Positions 7,538 through 15,928 of a stretch of DNA of 33,049 bases are shown here, piece by piece. Under the pieces are notes generated by a model that was given only the letters and a program-made list of their open reading frames with translations, did not search any database and had not been told where the DNA came from. Position 1 is the first letter of the stretch; each line of letters starts with the position of its first letter. The stretch is from a virus (taxonomy: Duplodnaviria; Caudoviricetes): positions 1 to 33,049 of IMG/VR virus record IMGVR_UViG_3300044676_006277. One strand, given 5' to 3'. Made by a program: the position numbers and the translations under genes.

Positions 7538-7756
7538 TCCTGAACTATATCACGAAATCTCTCCTGCAAACACTACCGGTCGGTGTTTTGGAGATGTCTG
7601 ACCGAAACTCAAACAGAGACAAATCCAGAGGAGGACGACGACTGTCCAATGATCCTGGTCCCCATAAGGGAAATCCGGCAACGGGAAAAGTTAACTTAGT
7701 ACCCACCCTGTGAAGGGTCCGACAAGGGGAAAAGTCGTTAATAGTGTCTAAAAAAA
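7480..7756 (+). ncRNA. Candidate structured RNA or long leader
   Basis: No convincing ORF; many hairpins, including GCAA and GUGA tetraloops, enclosed by long-range pairs GACGACT/AGTCGTT and AGACA/TGTCT. Confidence 0.4.
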
Positions 7757-7769
7757 GTAGGAGCGAATA

Positions 7770-8060
7770 ATGGTAGCGAACACAAGCAAGTTGGCATACG
7801 AAGAACTGGTAGCCTCTGGCAAGGCACAAACTCAACGCTGTAAGATTCTCAAGCATCTGCTGATAAACCACCGTCAAGGACTGACACGCAGACAGATTGC
7901 TAATGCCACCCGCCTGGAACTCGGTGCCGTGGCCGGCAGAGTGAACGCCTTGATTAAGGACGGCATTGTCACTGACGAGGACGAGGTATTAGACCCCATC
8001 ACGAAAAAGACCGTAAAACTCATCAAGCCGGTGACCGGGATTCAAGGGGAGATGTTCTGA
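7770..8060 (+). CDS. Winged helix-turn-helix DNA-binding protein
   Basis: AGGAG RBS; GLTRRQIANATRLELGAVAGRVNALIKDGIV. Confidence 0.85.
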   Translation: MVANTSKLAYEELVASGKAQTQRCKILKHLLINHRQGLTRRQIANATRLELGAVAGRVNALIKDGIVTDEDEVLDPITKKTVKLIKPVTGIQGEMF

Positions 8061-8299
8061 TGACTGAAGACCAGGCCAGAGAGAAATGGTGTCCGATGGT
8101 GCGTGTCGCTATTAGTGATGCTTGCGAGGAAAAAACAGACAATCGTGATTTTGAATTTGAAGATTATAAGGGCAAATCTACTGCATGCATCGCCAGTGAT
8201 TGTATGGCGTGGCGGGAAAAGACCAAGGCGGAGTTGCCGAGGGTATCAACCGGATGTCGCGACAAGGAAGGCTATTGCGGATTGGCAGGTAAGCCATGA
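8060..8299 (+). CDS. Cys-rich hypothetical phage protein
   Basis: MTEDQAREKWCP...CIASDCMAWR...GYCGLAGKP. Confidence 0.75.
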   Translation: MTEDQAREKWCPMVRVAISDACEEKTDNRDFEFEDYKGKSTACIASDCMAWREKTKAELPRVSTGCRDKEGYCGLAGKP

Positions 8300-8622
8300 A
8301 AGACTGGTTAGAGCGTGCTGAAAAGGCCATCGAATACCGTGCTAACACCGACAGGCAGATAGCAGAACTCCGGGTCAAGTACGAGAAAGACAAGCGCAAG
8401 GCAAAGCGTATACGGGATGCAATATTTCTACGGGTGACAGGCACGGTTGCTGACCGCAGCGCCCAGGCAGAGGTCCACGATGACTATCAAACTGCCGTGG
8501 CCGCTGAAATGACATCCCTGCTTGAGTATGAAAAACTGCGCAACGAACGGGACTCTGCACGCGACCTGGTGGACTTCTGGCGCTCCTACAACAAGGCGAT
8601 AAACGAAGGAAACGTGACCTAA
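8296..8622 (+). CDS. Helical hypothetical phage protein
   Basis: 108-aa ORF, coupled to neighbours; GTVADRSAQA...VDFWRS pattern. Confidence 0.7.
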   Translation: MKDWLERAEKAIEYRANTDRQIAELRVKYEKDKRKAKRIRDAIFLRVTGTVADRSAQAEVHDDYQTAVAAEMTSLLEYEKLRNERDSARDLVDFWRSYNKAINEGNVT

Positions 8623-9008
8623 TGAACGGAACACAACTACGTCAATGCCGGCAGGAGTTCATGCGACGTTACGCCCCGGATGAGCCCTACAGCGTGCATG
8701 GCGATCCTAGACACTATGAAATCGCGTATCCGACCCGCAAAGTGTTTGACTTGACCGTTGATGATTTTGTTTGCTTTTGCAAAGACATTCTGAAGTTGAC
8801 TCGCGTGGACACGATCAGGCTTTACTCATACCTTAGAAACCACGGCGACATCATTGAGGTAAATGGCGACATTCGATTTGGCGATTGGTGCGCCAGAGCC
8901 GCAAAAGAGCGCACATGCCATCACCGCGCCGTTGGCAACATCCCAGTTATGACCGGTGGTCACTCAGGCATTAGAAATTATTTGTTTAGTTTGGCGCACG
9001 GACGATGA
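8622..9008 (+). CDS. Hypothetical protein
   Basis: TAATG overlap upstream, ATGA overlap downstream. Confidence 0.55.
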   Translation: MNGTQLRQCRQEFMRRYAPDEPYSVHGDPRHYEIAYPTRKVFDLTVDDFVCFCKDILKLTRVDTIRLYSYLRNHGDIIEVNGDIRFGDWCARAAKERTCHHRAVGNIPVMTGGHSGIRNYLFSLAHGR

Positions 9009-9304
9009 GTCTTAACCGCTACGCAAAACGCAGGGATGATAATGAAGAAGAAATCATCAAAGCCCTGGAATCCATCGGATGTACCGTTTACCGACTGGAC
9101 CAGCCTGTCGACCTCCTGGTTGGCCGAGGGGCAAAAAATATCCTCATCGAAGTCAAAGACGGAGGAAAGCCCCCCAGTGCTCGTAAGTTCACGAAGACAC
9201 AACGGGACTTTTTTAAGGGTTGGCAAGGGCAGGTCTGCAAGGTCGAGACAGTTGAGGAGGCGATTGAAGTTGTGCAACGACTGACGGTGAAAAATGCCTA
9301 CTAA
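9005..9304 (+). CDS. PD-(D/E)xK nuclease, VRR-NUC/Holliday-junction-resolvase-like
   Basis: KRRDDNEEEI...PVDLLVG....LIEVKDG...TKTQRDF. Confidence 0.85.
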   Translation: MSLNRYAKRRDDNEEEIIKALESIGCTVYRLDQPVDLLVGRGAKNILIEVKDGGKPPSARKFTKTQRDFFKGWQGQVCKVETVEEAIEVVQRLTVKNAY

Positions 9305-9461
9305 GGCTGAAAGGGAATACACGAAGCGGCTCAAACGGTTGATTTATGAGGTGTATTGCCTGCTCGAAGACGGCAAACCAGAGGAGGCAAAGCGTTTGAT
9401 TGCGTCGTCTGCTGTATCTGCATGGGCATCAAAGGGAAAGCAAAACGATAAAAAAGACTGA
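9294..9461 (+). CDS. 55-aa hypothetical protein
   Basis: MPTKAEREYTKRL; fills the gap between the two nuclease genes. Confidence 0.4.
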   Translation: MPTKAEREYTKRLKRLIYEVYCLLEDGKPEEAKRLIASSAVSAWASKGKQNDKKD

Positions 9462-9840
9462 AAAAGACCGTATGCAAGCCATCAAGGATTCCGGGTGCAT
9501 TGCCTGTATGCTCGCCACCCGTGGCACCCAAGCACCGGACGTACACCACATTACCAGTGGCGGCCGCCGGCAGGGAGATGAATACACCATCGGGCTCTGC
9601 CCCTGGCACCACCGGGGCGTGGTCCTCGAGAGTCAGACCAAGCAATCGATGGGTGGGGTGTTTGGACCATCCCTGGCGTTTGGCAAGAGAACCTTCAACG
9701 AGTTCTTCGGTTCCGAGCAGATTTTGTGGGAGGTACAGAACTACGTCCTGCGTGAGTTTCAGCGCACATCGTGGTACGCTTACGATGTTCCGCATGACGT
9801 TCGCCGAGTGGCGAAGCAGATATGGACAAAAGGAAAATGA
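9400..9840 (+). CDS. Ref/DUF968-like HNH-fold recombination nuclease
   Basis: GCIAC...DVHHI....IGLCPWHHRG...GPSLA..KRTF...FGSE; start uncertain (9400 or 9472). Confidence 0.8.
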   Translation: MRRLLYLHGHQRESKTIKKTEKDRMQAIKDSGCIACMLATRGTQAPDVHHITSGGRRQGDEYTIGLCPWHHRGVVLESQTKQSMGGVFGPSLAFGKRTFNEFFGSEQILWEVQNYVLREFQRTSWYAYDVPHDVRRVAKQIWTKGK

Positions 9841-9992
9841 CATATGCCACAACCTGCAAGCAAAACCCTGTCTACCCCAAGACGCGCTTGCTATGTGGTC
9901 AATTGCAGAGGATCGAGCATCCGACTGCTGTTTGTGAGTGCCTGACTCACGGCACCTGGAAACCTGTTGAAATAAAACATATGAACTCGTAG
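9837..9992 (+). CDS. 51-aa hypothetical Cys-containing protein
   Basis: ATGA-coupled with AAGGA upstream. Confidence 0.35.
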   Translation: MTYATTCKQNPVYPKTRLLCGQLQRIEHPTAVCECLTHGTWKPVEIKHMNS

Positions 9993-10005
9993 CAATGGAG
10001 CGAAC

Positions 10006-11451
10006 ATGACTACTGGTAAAACCATGCTCCGTGGACATGCCCCCACGGTAAAGATCGGCCCTGCCGAAGCAAAAAACATCATTGGCAATCCCGAGAGATT
10101 CAAATACGAAGCGGCCTGGAAGAACGACGATTACCGAAGGTATTCGCCGGGCGAGCAGTGTATGCCCCTATTCATGGAAACCTGCAAGCCGCAACGCAAC
10201 ACCAAGTTCATCGATTGGGGCGCCGGCACGGGTCGTGCAGGCCACATCGCCTGGAAGAACGGTCTGGATGTGACCATGATCGACTTCATCGACTACTCAC
10301 TGGATGAGCATGTCCGTGATGACCTCTGCGACTCGCTGAAGTTCATCAAGCACGACATTACCAAACCGATCGATGCGCGTGCGATGTGGGGTTATTGTGC
10401 CGACGTACTCGAGCATGTACCCGAAGATGACGTTGACAAGGTCATCGGCAATATCCTGCGAAATTGCACCGAGTGCTTTTTCCAGATCGCAACGGTCGAG
10501 GACCACTTTGGCGACGAGCTCGAGATGGGTCCGCTGCATGTCACGGTGCGGCCGTATGCCTGGTGGTTGAATAAGTTCGCAGAACTCGAGTGCGTCGTAC
10601 TGCACTCGAACGAGTTCCAGAATCATGTCCTGTTCCATGTCTCCGCGCATAAGAACTTCTGGTGGACCCGTGGTGGCATCAACACCGATTTGGAGAAGAT
10701 CCACGAGAACATCCGCGCCAATGCGGTTTGGGATGTCAAGCAGGCGCAACCCCACGAGGCACAGGATACCGAGATTGTATTGCTGTGCGGTGGTCCTTCC
10801 TTGAATGACTTCGAGGATGAGATTATCGAGAAGTACCATGCCGGCATGAAGATCTGCACAGTCAATGGGACGTACAACTGGGCGCAGGAGCGCGGCATCG
10901 AAAAGGTCAACCAGTTCATGCTGGACGCCAGGGAGTTTAACAAGCGATTCTGCGAGCCGACGAGGGATGACTGCTATTACTTCATTGCCTCACAGTGTGA
11001 CCCGGCTGTATTCGAGATGCTGCCAAAAGACAGGACGTTCATGTGGCATGTCAGCCTCGAGGACGATGATGTCGAGGTCACCAAGGAAGTCTACGGTGAG
11101 ATGTACAAGGACTGGTTCCCGGTCCCTGGTGGGTGCTCAGTGACACTGCGTGCGATCTGCTGCTTGCAGATGCTCGGCTTTCGCAAGGTTCATGTTTACG
11201 GTTTTGACTCCTGCTTGCGCGACAAAGACCACCATGCATTTCCACAAAAAGAGAACGACGGTACACATATAGTGGACGTTTGTGTTGGCCGAGGTACAAA
11301 GTACGAGAAAGAGTTCCAGTGCCAGGACTGGATGGCAGTGCAGGCCAAGGAGTTTATGAAGCTTTCAAATCACTATCTCGGCGAGATGGACATGATCATT
11401 TATGGTGATGGTCTTATCTCGTACATCACGGAGACTGGCGCACAGATATGA
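10006..11451 (+). CDS. Class I SAM methyltransferase fused to a Maf/DUF115-like (sialyltransferase-fold) domain
   Basis: FIDWGAGTG and CADVLEHVP in the N-domain; IVLLCGGPSL..ICTVN..LDAR..IASQCDP..LGFRKVHVYGFDSC in the C-domain. Confidence 0.82.
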   Translation: MTTGKTMLRGHAPTVKIGPAEAKNIIGNPERFKYEAAWKNDDYRRYSPGEQCMPLFMETCKPQRNTKFIDWGAGTGRAGHIAWKNGLDVTMIDFIDYSLDEHVRDDLCDSLKFIKHDITKPIDARAMWGYCADVLEHVPEDDVDKVIGNILRNCTECFFQIATVEDHFGDELEMGPLHVTVRPYAWWLNKFAELECVVLHSNEFQNHVLFHVSAHKNFWWTRGGINTDLEKIHENIRANAVWDVKQAQPHEAQDTEIVLLCGGPSLNDFEDEIIEKYHAGMKICTVNGTYNWAQERGIEKVNQFMLDAREFNKRFCEPTRDDCYYFIASQCDPAVFEMLPKDRTFMWHVSLEDDDVEVTKEVYGEMYKDWFPVPGGCSVTLRAICCLQMLGFRKVHVYGFDSCLRDKDHHAFPQKENDGTHIVDVCVGRGTKYEKEFQCQDWMAVQAKEFMKLSNHYLGEMDMIIYGDGLISYITETGAQI

Positions 11452-12065
11452 TCTACGTGGTTTCAGGCTATCGGCGTTGCGGCACCAGTGCTATGATGCA
11501 TGCATTGGGCGCGGGTGGCATTCCACTGATAACCGTTCCAGATATTGAACAAATGAATTGTGGAATAAATGGTTACAAACCTAATCCTGGTGGACTGTAC
11601 GAGGTTGGCCGTAATCTTTACATGGAGCCCGGTATTCTGATTCAGTTACTGCAGCACGGCAGGGCGATAAAGATATTCTTTGATGGTCTGCCCATCTTGC
11701 CGAAAGGGGAATACAGAATTATCTATATGCGCCGTGATCCGCAGGAAATACAGAAGTCCCTGGATATTGCATTGGATAACGTCAGAACAGCAGGGTGGAT
11801 ACCATCTTCTGGCGGCAGAAAACCGTTTGATATTTTCTCGCCCTACGCGCAAAAAGAAATTGATTGGGTTTTGGGAATTTGCGAAACTCGGAGTGACATG
11901 GAGTTAAGCATTGTTGATTATGCAGACCTGGTGGAGCGGCCGGGTGAAGTATTGGAAGGTTTAGCGTTGCCCATCGATGTCGATGCGGCAGCAAAAGTAA
12001 TAGATAGAAAGTTCTATCGCACGAGAGGAAAAGACTATGGCCGCTTCTGCATGGGAAGTATTTGA
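11448..12065 (+). CDS. Sulfotransferase-like P-loop protein
   Basis: VVSGYRRCGTSAMM (5'-PSB-like), IIYMRRDPQEI..S (3'-PB-like), VDYADLVERP. Confidence 0.75.
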   Translation: MIYVVSGYRRCGTSAMMHALGAGGIPLITVPDIEQMNCGINGYKPNPGGLYEVGRNLYMEPGILIQLLQHGRAIKIFFDGLPILPKGEYRIIYMRRDPQEIQKSLDIALDNVRTAGWIPSSGGRKPFDIFSPYAQKEIDWVLGICETRSDMELSIVDYADLVERPGEVLEGLALPIDVDAAAKVIDRKFYRTRGKDYGRFCMGSI

Positions 12066-12489
12066 TATTGCCAAAAAGCTCATCGGCAACAACACCATTT
12101 CATTGTCAGCCACTGCTGGCTGGAACATGACACTGCACAGTCAGACTGCATCAACGAATCTGTCAGGCGCAACAACGACCTGGGGCTCGATCGGTTCTGA
12201 ACTGACCGCAGCAAACAAGTATTCGACTGGCGGCAAGGCCATCACGGGCGTTACCTGGGCAACTGGTCTGAGCGCAGGACAGTATGCGTGGTCGACGAGT
12301 AACGTCGTTTTCACGGCATCCGGTGGCGGCTGGACAAGTATTCGTTATGCGGTGATCATGTTCTCAATAGGCGCTGCAACTGGTTACCCGTTGTGCTATG
12401 CCGCGCTGAGTACAGCAGGATTCCCGTTGACCGATGGTAATACACTGACAGTTCAGATTAACGCCAACGGTGTATTCACGCTGGCCTGA
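12037..12489 (+). CDS. Putative virion structural protein (fibre base/decoration)
   Basis: 150 aa, Ala/Gly/Thr-rich, SEL...KYSTGGKAI...FTASGG...GVFTL pattern typical of small phage structural proteins. Confidence 0.65.
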   Translation: MAASAWEVFDIAKKLIGNNTISLSATAGWNMTLHSQTASTNLSGATTTWGSIGSELTAANKYSTGGKAITGVTWATGLSAGQYAWSTSNVVFTASGGGWTSIRYAVIMFSIGAATGYPLCYAALSTAGFPLTDGNTLTVQINANGVFTLA

Positions 12490-12845
12490 TGCCGCGTGGC
12501 AAGGCTCGCGCCTGGGGGCGCAAACGAAAAGCAGCATCACTTGTTGTTGCTGTACCGACAGGATGGTTGAGGATTATGACTACCGATGTGCGAGTTGTTG
12601 TACCGACCGCGCTGGGAGTACATATTCTTCAGATCCCGGCGATTTCCGTAGCGGCAGGTAGTACCACCAATCTGAGTTCGTATGTGATTGACGAACATCA
12701 GGTGGTGACCGATAGCCAGTTGCTGGAAAATGGTGGCGCCCTTTCGACCACCAAACTTTCGTACTCCCACAACAGTGGCAATTTCACCATCACAGGTAAT
12801 AGCGCCGGAACCGTAACCGGCTTGTCGCTAGAGGTGACGTACTGA
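12489..12845 (+). CDS. Hypothetical protein, possible Ig-like C-terminus
   Basis: TGATG-coupled; beta-rich Thr/Ser region. Confidence 0.55.
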   Translation: MPRGKARAWGRKRKAASLVVAVPTGWLRIMTTDVRVVVPTALGVHILQIPAISVAAGSTTNLSSYVIDEHQVVTDSQLLENGGALSTTKLSYSHNSGNFTITGNSAGTVTGLSLEVTY

Positions 12846-12961
12846 TGTTACGCGCACTGCTGATTCCACTCATACCGATATTCATTCTGCTGCTACGCTC
12901 CGTGATTCAGGACTGGCAGGAACAAAAAAACGAAAAGCGGAGAAACAAACGTGGCGACTGA
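12845..12961 (+). CDS. 38-aa membrane peptide
   Basis: MLRALLIPLIPIFILLLRSVIQ, basic tail; TGATG-coupled, GAGGT RBS. Confidence 0.4.
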   Translation: MLRALLIPLIPIFILLLRSVIQDWQEQKNEKRRNKRGD

Positions 12962-14558
12962 TGTACTAACATTGCCACGTAAGCGTCGCCTACCGTTGTG
13001 GGGTATTGGTCTTGGCGTACTGGCTGCGTTTGCCACGCTGGTATCTAATACGTTTACAACCGAAGTGACAGCCAGCGCTGAGTCGAATTGGGAAGATCAA
13101 AACACCCTGACTGGTTGTGATTTTGATGGTTATTATCCGGGTGCGCGTGGGTTTGGTGCGTGTAATCGTGGTGGTGCCACGACCACATCGAATGTTTACT
13201 ATGTCACCAACCTGAATGCCGCTGGTGCTGGTTCTTTTGATGCCGCACTAACAAGTGCGTGCGCCAATTCAGGTGTGATTGTCTTTGATGTATCGGGGGT
13301 CATTGAGTATGGCGATGACTATGTAATACCAAACCCATGCAGCGATGTAACCATTGCTGGTGAGACTGCGCCCGCACCGGGCATTTTCCTTAAAGAGTTT
13401 ATCTTTAGAATGAGGGGTGCCACCAATTTTGTTGTGTCTCACATCTATGTCGCGCCCGGAGATGAGGGCGCTTGGTATGATTCTGATAACCGTGACGTAA
13501 TGGACTTTGCGGGGCCTTTTGTTGGCGACAATGTTTGGGTACAGAATCTTACGGGGATGTGGGCTAGTGATGAAACATTTACCTGCTACCCGGCAGACAC
13601 AAATACAACGATAAAGAGTAATGTTAGTTTCCACCAAACTGCTATAGTAGAGCCACTACACAAGTCAATTCATAGCGATACCTACCACAGCAAGGGGTCG
13701 CTAACACGCGAGGAATGCGAGTACTTCGATAACACTCGGTTCGTTATTCTCCATAGCGCGGATAGAAACCCGCGTACCTACTCGCCTAATCGGTTTATTG
13801 CCAATGCTGTTGTTTACAATTGGGGCAGCACCATTACGAGCGATATATTCCCGCCAACTGGCGCACTAGGCACAGCAGCAACTTTTGAGAGGATACCCGC
13901 AGTTGATAACTGGACAAACTTTATTGATAACATTTATGTCAAGGGTCCAGAAACATTAGATGGTACAAGGTCTGACGCAATTGGATTGGTTAAAGCCTCA
14001 GTCACGGGTAATACTATTTATGAAGCAAACAACGTGCTGTGGACACAGGGCGGTCACGATAGAGACTGCGACACACCCGCGCACAATTGTTTTGATGGCA
14101 GTAACGCCGGTGTCTGGGCGGCAGCCCAAATAGCCTCGGCCTACCCGACCGGTTATGTCCCAGAGTCTATGCCAGCGACCAATCCGGGGCAGATTGTATT
14201 GGCGCAGAAGATTCTTAATCATGCCGGTGCAAGACCGACAGAGAGGCCCACGTATCATTCGCGTATAAACACGCTTTTTGATGGGCCAATAAACCGAATG
14301 AATGGCTCGGGGGATGAGGGTCAAATAAAGGATTGTGTCGCAGCATCAACCTGCGCTAATGATGCCGGTGGTTGGCCCACGCTCGCTGAGAACACCATTG
14401 ACCATAGTCAAACGAATCACTGTAATGGTCCACTTCCGACCGCAACAAAAGACAACGTAACATTAAGTGAAAGAACCGTATTACATGAATGGCTGATTAC
14501 CTGTCAGGATGCAATGATGCCCTCTGGCTGGCGGCAACTAACATTGGATATTGATTGA
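12951..14558 (+). CDS. Pectate-lyase (PL1)-like beta-helix protein
   Basis: YPGARGFG...RGG...YYVTNLNAAGAGSF...IVFDVSGVI...TIAGETAPAPGI...WASDE...DRNPR. Confidence 0.82.
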   Translation: MATDVLTLPRKRRLPLWGIGLGVLAAFATLVSNTFTTEVTASAESNWEDQNTLTGCDFDGYYPGARGFGACNRGGATTTSNVYYVTNLNAAGAGSFDAALTSACANSGVIVFDVSGVIEYGDDYVIPNPCSDVTIAGETAPAPGIFLKEFIFRMRGATNFVVSHIYVAPGDEGAWYDSDNRDVMDFAGPFVGDNVWVQNLTGMWASDETFTCYPADTNTTIKSNVSFHQTAIVEPLHKSIHSDTYHSKGSLTREECEYFDNTRFVILHSADRNPRTYSPNRFIANAVVYNWGSTITSDIFPPTGALGTAATFERIPAVDNWTNFIDNIYVKGPETLDGTRSDAIGLVKASVTGNTIYEANNVLWTQGGHDRDCDTPAHNCFDGSNAGVWAAAQIASAYPTGYVPESMPATNPGQIVLAQKILNHAGARPTERPTYHSRINTLFDGPINRMNGSGDEGQIKDCVAASTCANDAGGWPTLAENTIDHSQTNHCNGPLPTATKDNVTLSERTVLHEWLITCQDAMMPSGWRQLTLDID

Positions 14559-15553
14559 TGAGCTTTCTATTTGACCTTAGTAATGACCGATTAACGGGTA
14601 CACTTACATCAGGTTACGATATTTCAACGAGTGGCTTGACGCTTGGCGCATGGGTCAAAAAGGCATCATGGACTGCGGAAAACTCAGGAATTTTTCAGTT
14701 CGGCGCTACCGCGCTGACTCGCGCAGATTCTTGCGGTCTTTTTAACCAAGCAAGGGCAAATTGTATCGCAAGCGTTGTCCGTGAATCGGATGACGCTTCC
14801 CTCACAAACACTACCTATGATTGGAACGAGACAAAAACAGATGACTTCGTTGATGGTGATGTAACCGTCGGTACTGACCTAATCACCCTGACCGGTCATC
14901 CTTTTGCTGACAATGATATTGTTCGATTAACAACAACGGGTACACTGCCGACTGGATTAGCGACAGCAACGACGTATTTTGTAAAAAGCGTAGATGCAAA
15001 TACGATTTCGCTTTATTCGGATTACGGCTTAACATCTATTGTCGATATAACCGATGCTGCTGGCGGTGGTACGCATACCGTTACGCTGGACTATAGCGAT
15101 GTATGGGTTTTTGTTACTGCTATATTTAATTCCAATGATACCGACCGTCGTGTTTGTATACAAAAGTGGGCAAATGCTGATACCACAAGCGTTGCCAGAA
15201 CAACTGGCACATTTGATGAAATTCTGCTTGGCAACTTTTTGGGAGGAACAACTATCGGGTGGGGCGGGTATATAGCTGAACCCTGTATCTGGAACACGGC
15301 ATTAAGCGAAACGGATGTTAATGCACTGCAAACTGGGCATGAGACGGGGCCTGCTCCTAACACAATACAGTCTGGTTCGGTAGTTAGTTACTGGACGCTG
15401 AAGTCAGCAGACACAAACAACGGTCGCGATAATGTAGTCACCGGTAATGGTGGAGACTTGACCGTTGGCGGTGAAGCGGCCTCAGACGCGAGCCACCCCA
15501 CCATTACTGACAGCGGCATCACCATCGAAGTACCCACAGGACCGTGGCGATAA
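14558..15553 (+). CDS. LamG/concanavalin-A-like virion protein with an inserted beta-domain
   Basis: LTLGAWVK...WVFVTAIF...GYIAEPCIWNTALSETDV...VVSYW. Confidence 0.72.
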   Translation: MSFLFDLSNDRLTGTLTSGYDISTSGLTLGAWVKKASWTAENSGIFQFGATALTRADSCGLFNQARANCIASVVRESDDASLTNTTYDWNETKTDDFVDGDVTVGTDLITLTGHPFADNDIVRLTTTGTLPTGLATATTYFVKSVDANTISLYSDYGLTSIVDITDAAGGGTHTVTLDYSDVWVFVTAIFNSNDTDRRVCIQKWANADTTSVARTTGTFDEILLGNFLGGTTIGWGGYIAEPCIWNTALSETDVNALQTGHETGPAPNTIQSGSVVSYWTLKSADTNNGRDNVVTGNGGDLTVGGEAASDASHPTITDSGITIEVPTGPWR

Positions 15554-15924
15554 ATTGGATAATCTGGTACGACGATCATTCGAGTTTTTCGAGTGATGAC
15601 GGTGGCCCCTGGGATGCACCACGCGACGGTGTTATCTGTATTGCAGTGGCAGACCGTGGTTGTGGTCGTTATGTTCTTGGGGAAGTCGATTGGTACTGCT
15701 GGCACTTCGAGGATGAGAAGTGGGTGCCACACAATCGTTCTGGCATGCAGCAATACCTGAGAAAGCCTGGTTATCTGAAAGTTGTAATCGAGGGGTACTG
15801 GGTAACAAAGGAGCGTTACTCATCGATTCGATCTCATGCGATGAAGGTAGACGACCGTCTGCCCAAGGTAACCGCTAACCCACCACGCCTGCCTGACAGC
15901 GTGGAGCAGTGGTTGGAGGAGTAG
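15544..15924 (+). CDS. Hypothetical Trp-rich phage protein
   Basis: W.IWYDD.SSFSS..G.PWDAP.DGVICI; AGGA RBS, GTG start. Confidence 0.6.
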   Translation: MAINWIIWYDDHSSFSSDDGGPWDAPRDGVICIAVADRGCGRYVLGEVDWYCWHFEDEKWVPHNRSGMQQYLRKPGYLKVVIEGYWVTKERYSSIRSHAMKVDDRLPKVTANPPRLPDSVEQWLEE

Positions 15925-15928
15925 TCGC

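Noticed and set aside
7545-7877. 110-aa minus-strand ORF and a 39-aa plus-strand ORF at ~7594
   Set aside because: No motifs; the first is antisense to the wHTH gene, the second has poor RBS spacing; a non-coding reading fits better but is unproven
9331-10038. 235-aa minus-strand ORF and other long antisense ORFs (e.g. 19392-20084, 26430-27053)
   Set aside because: Antisense shadows of well-supported plus-strand genes, with no motifs
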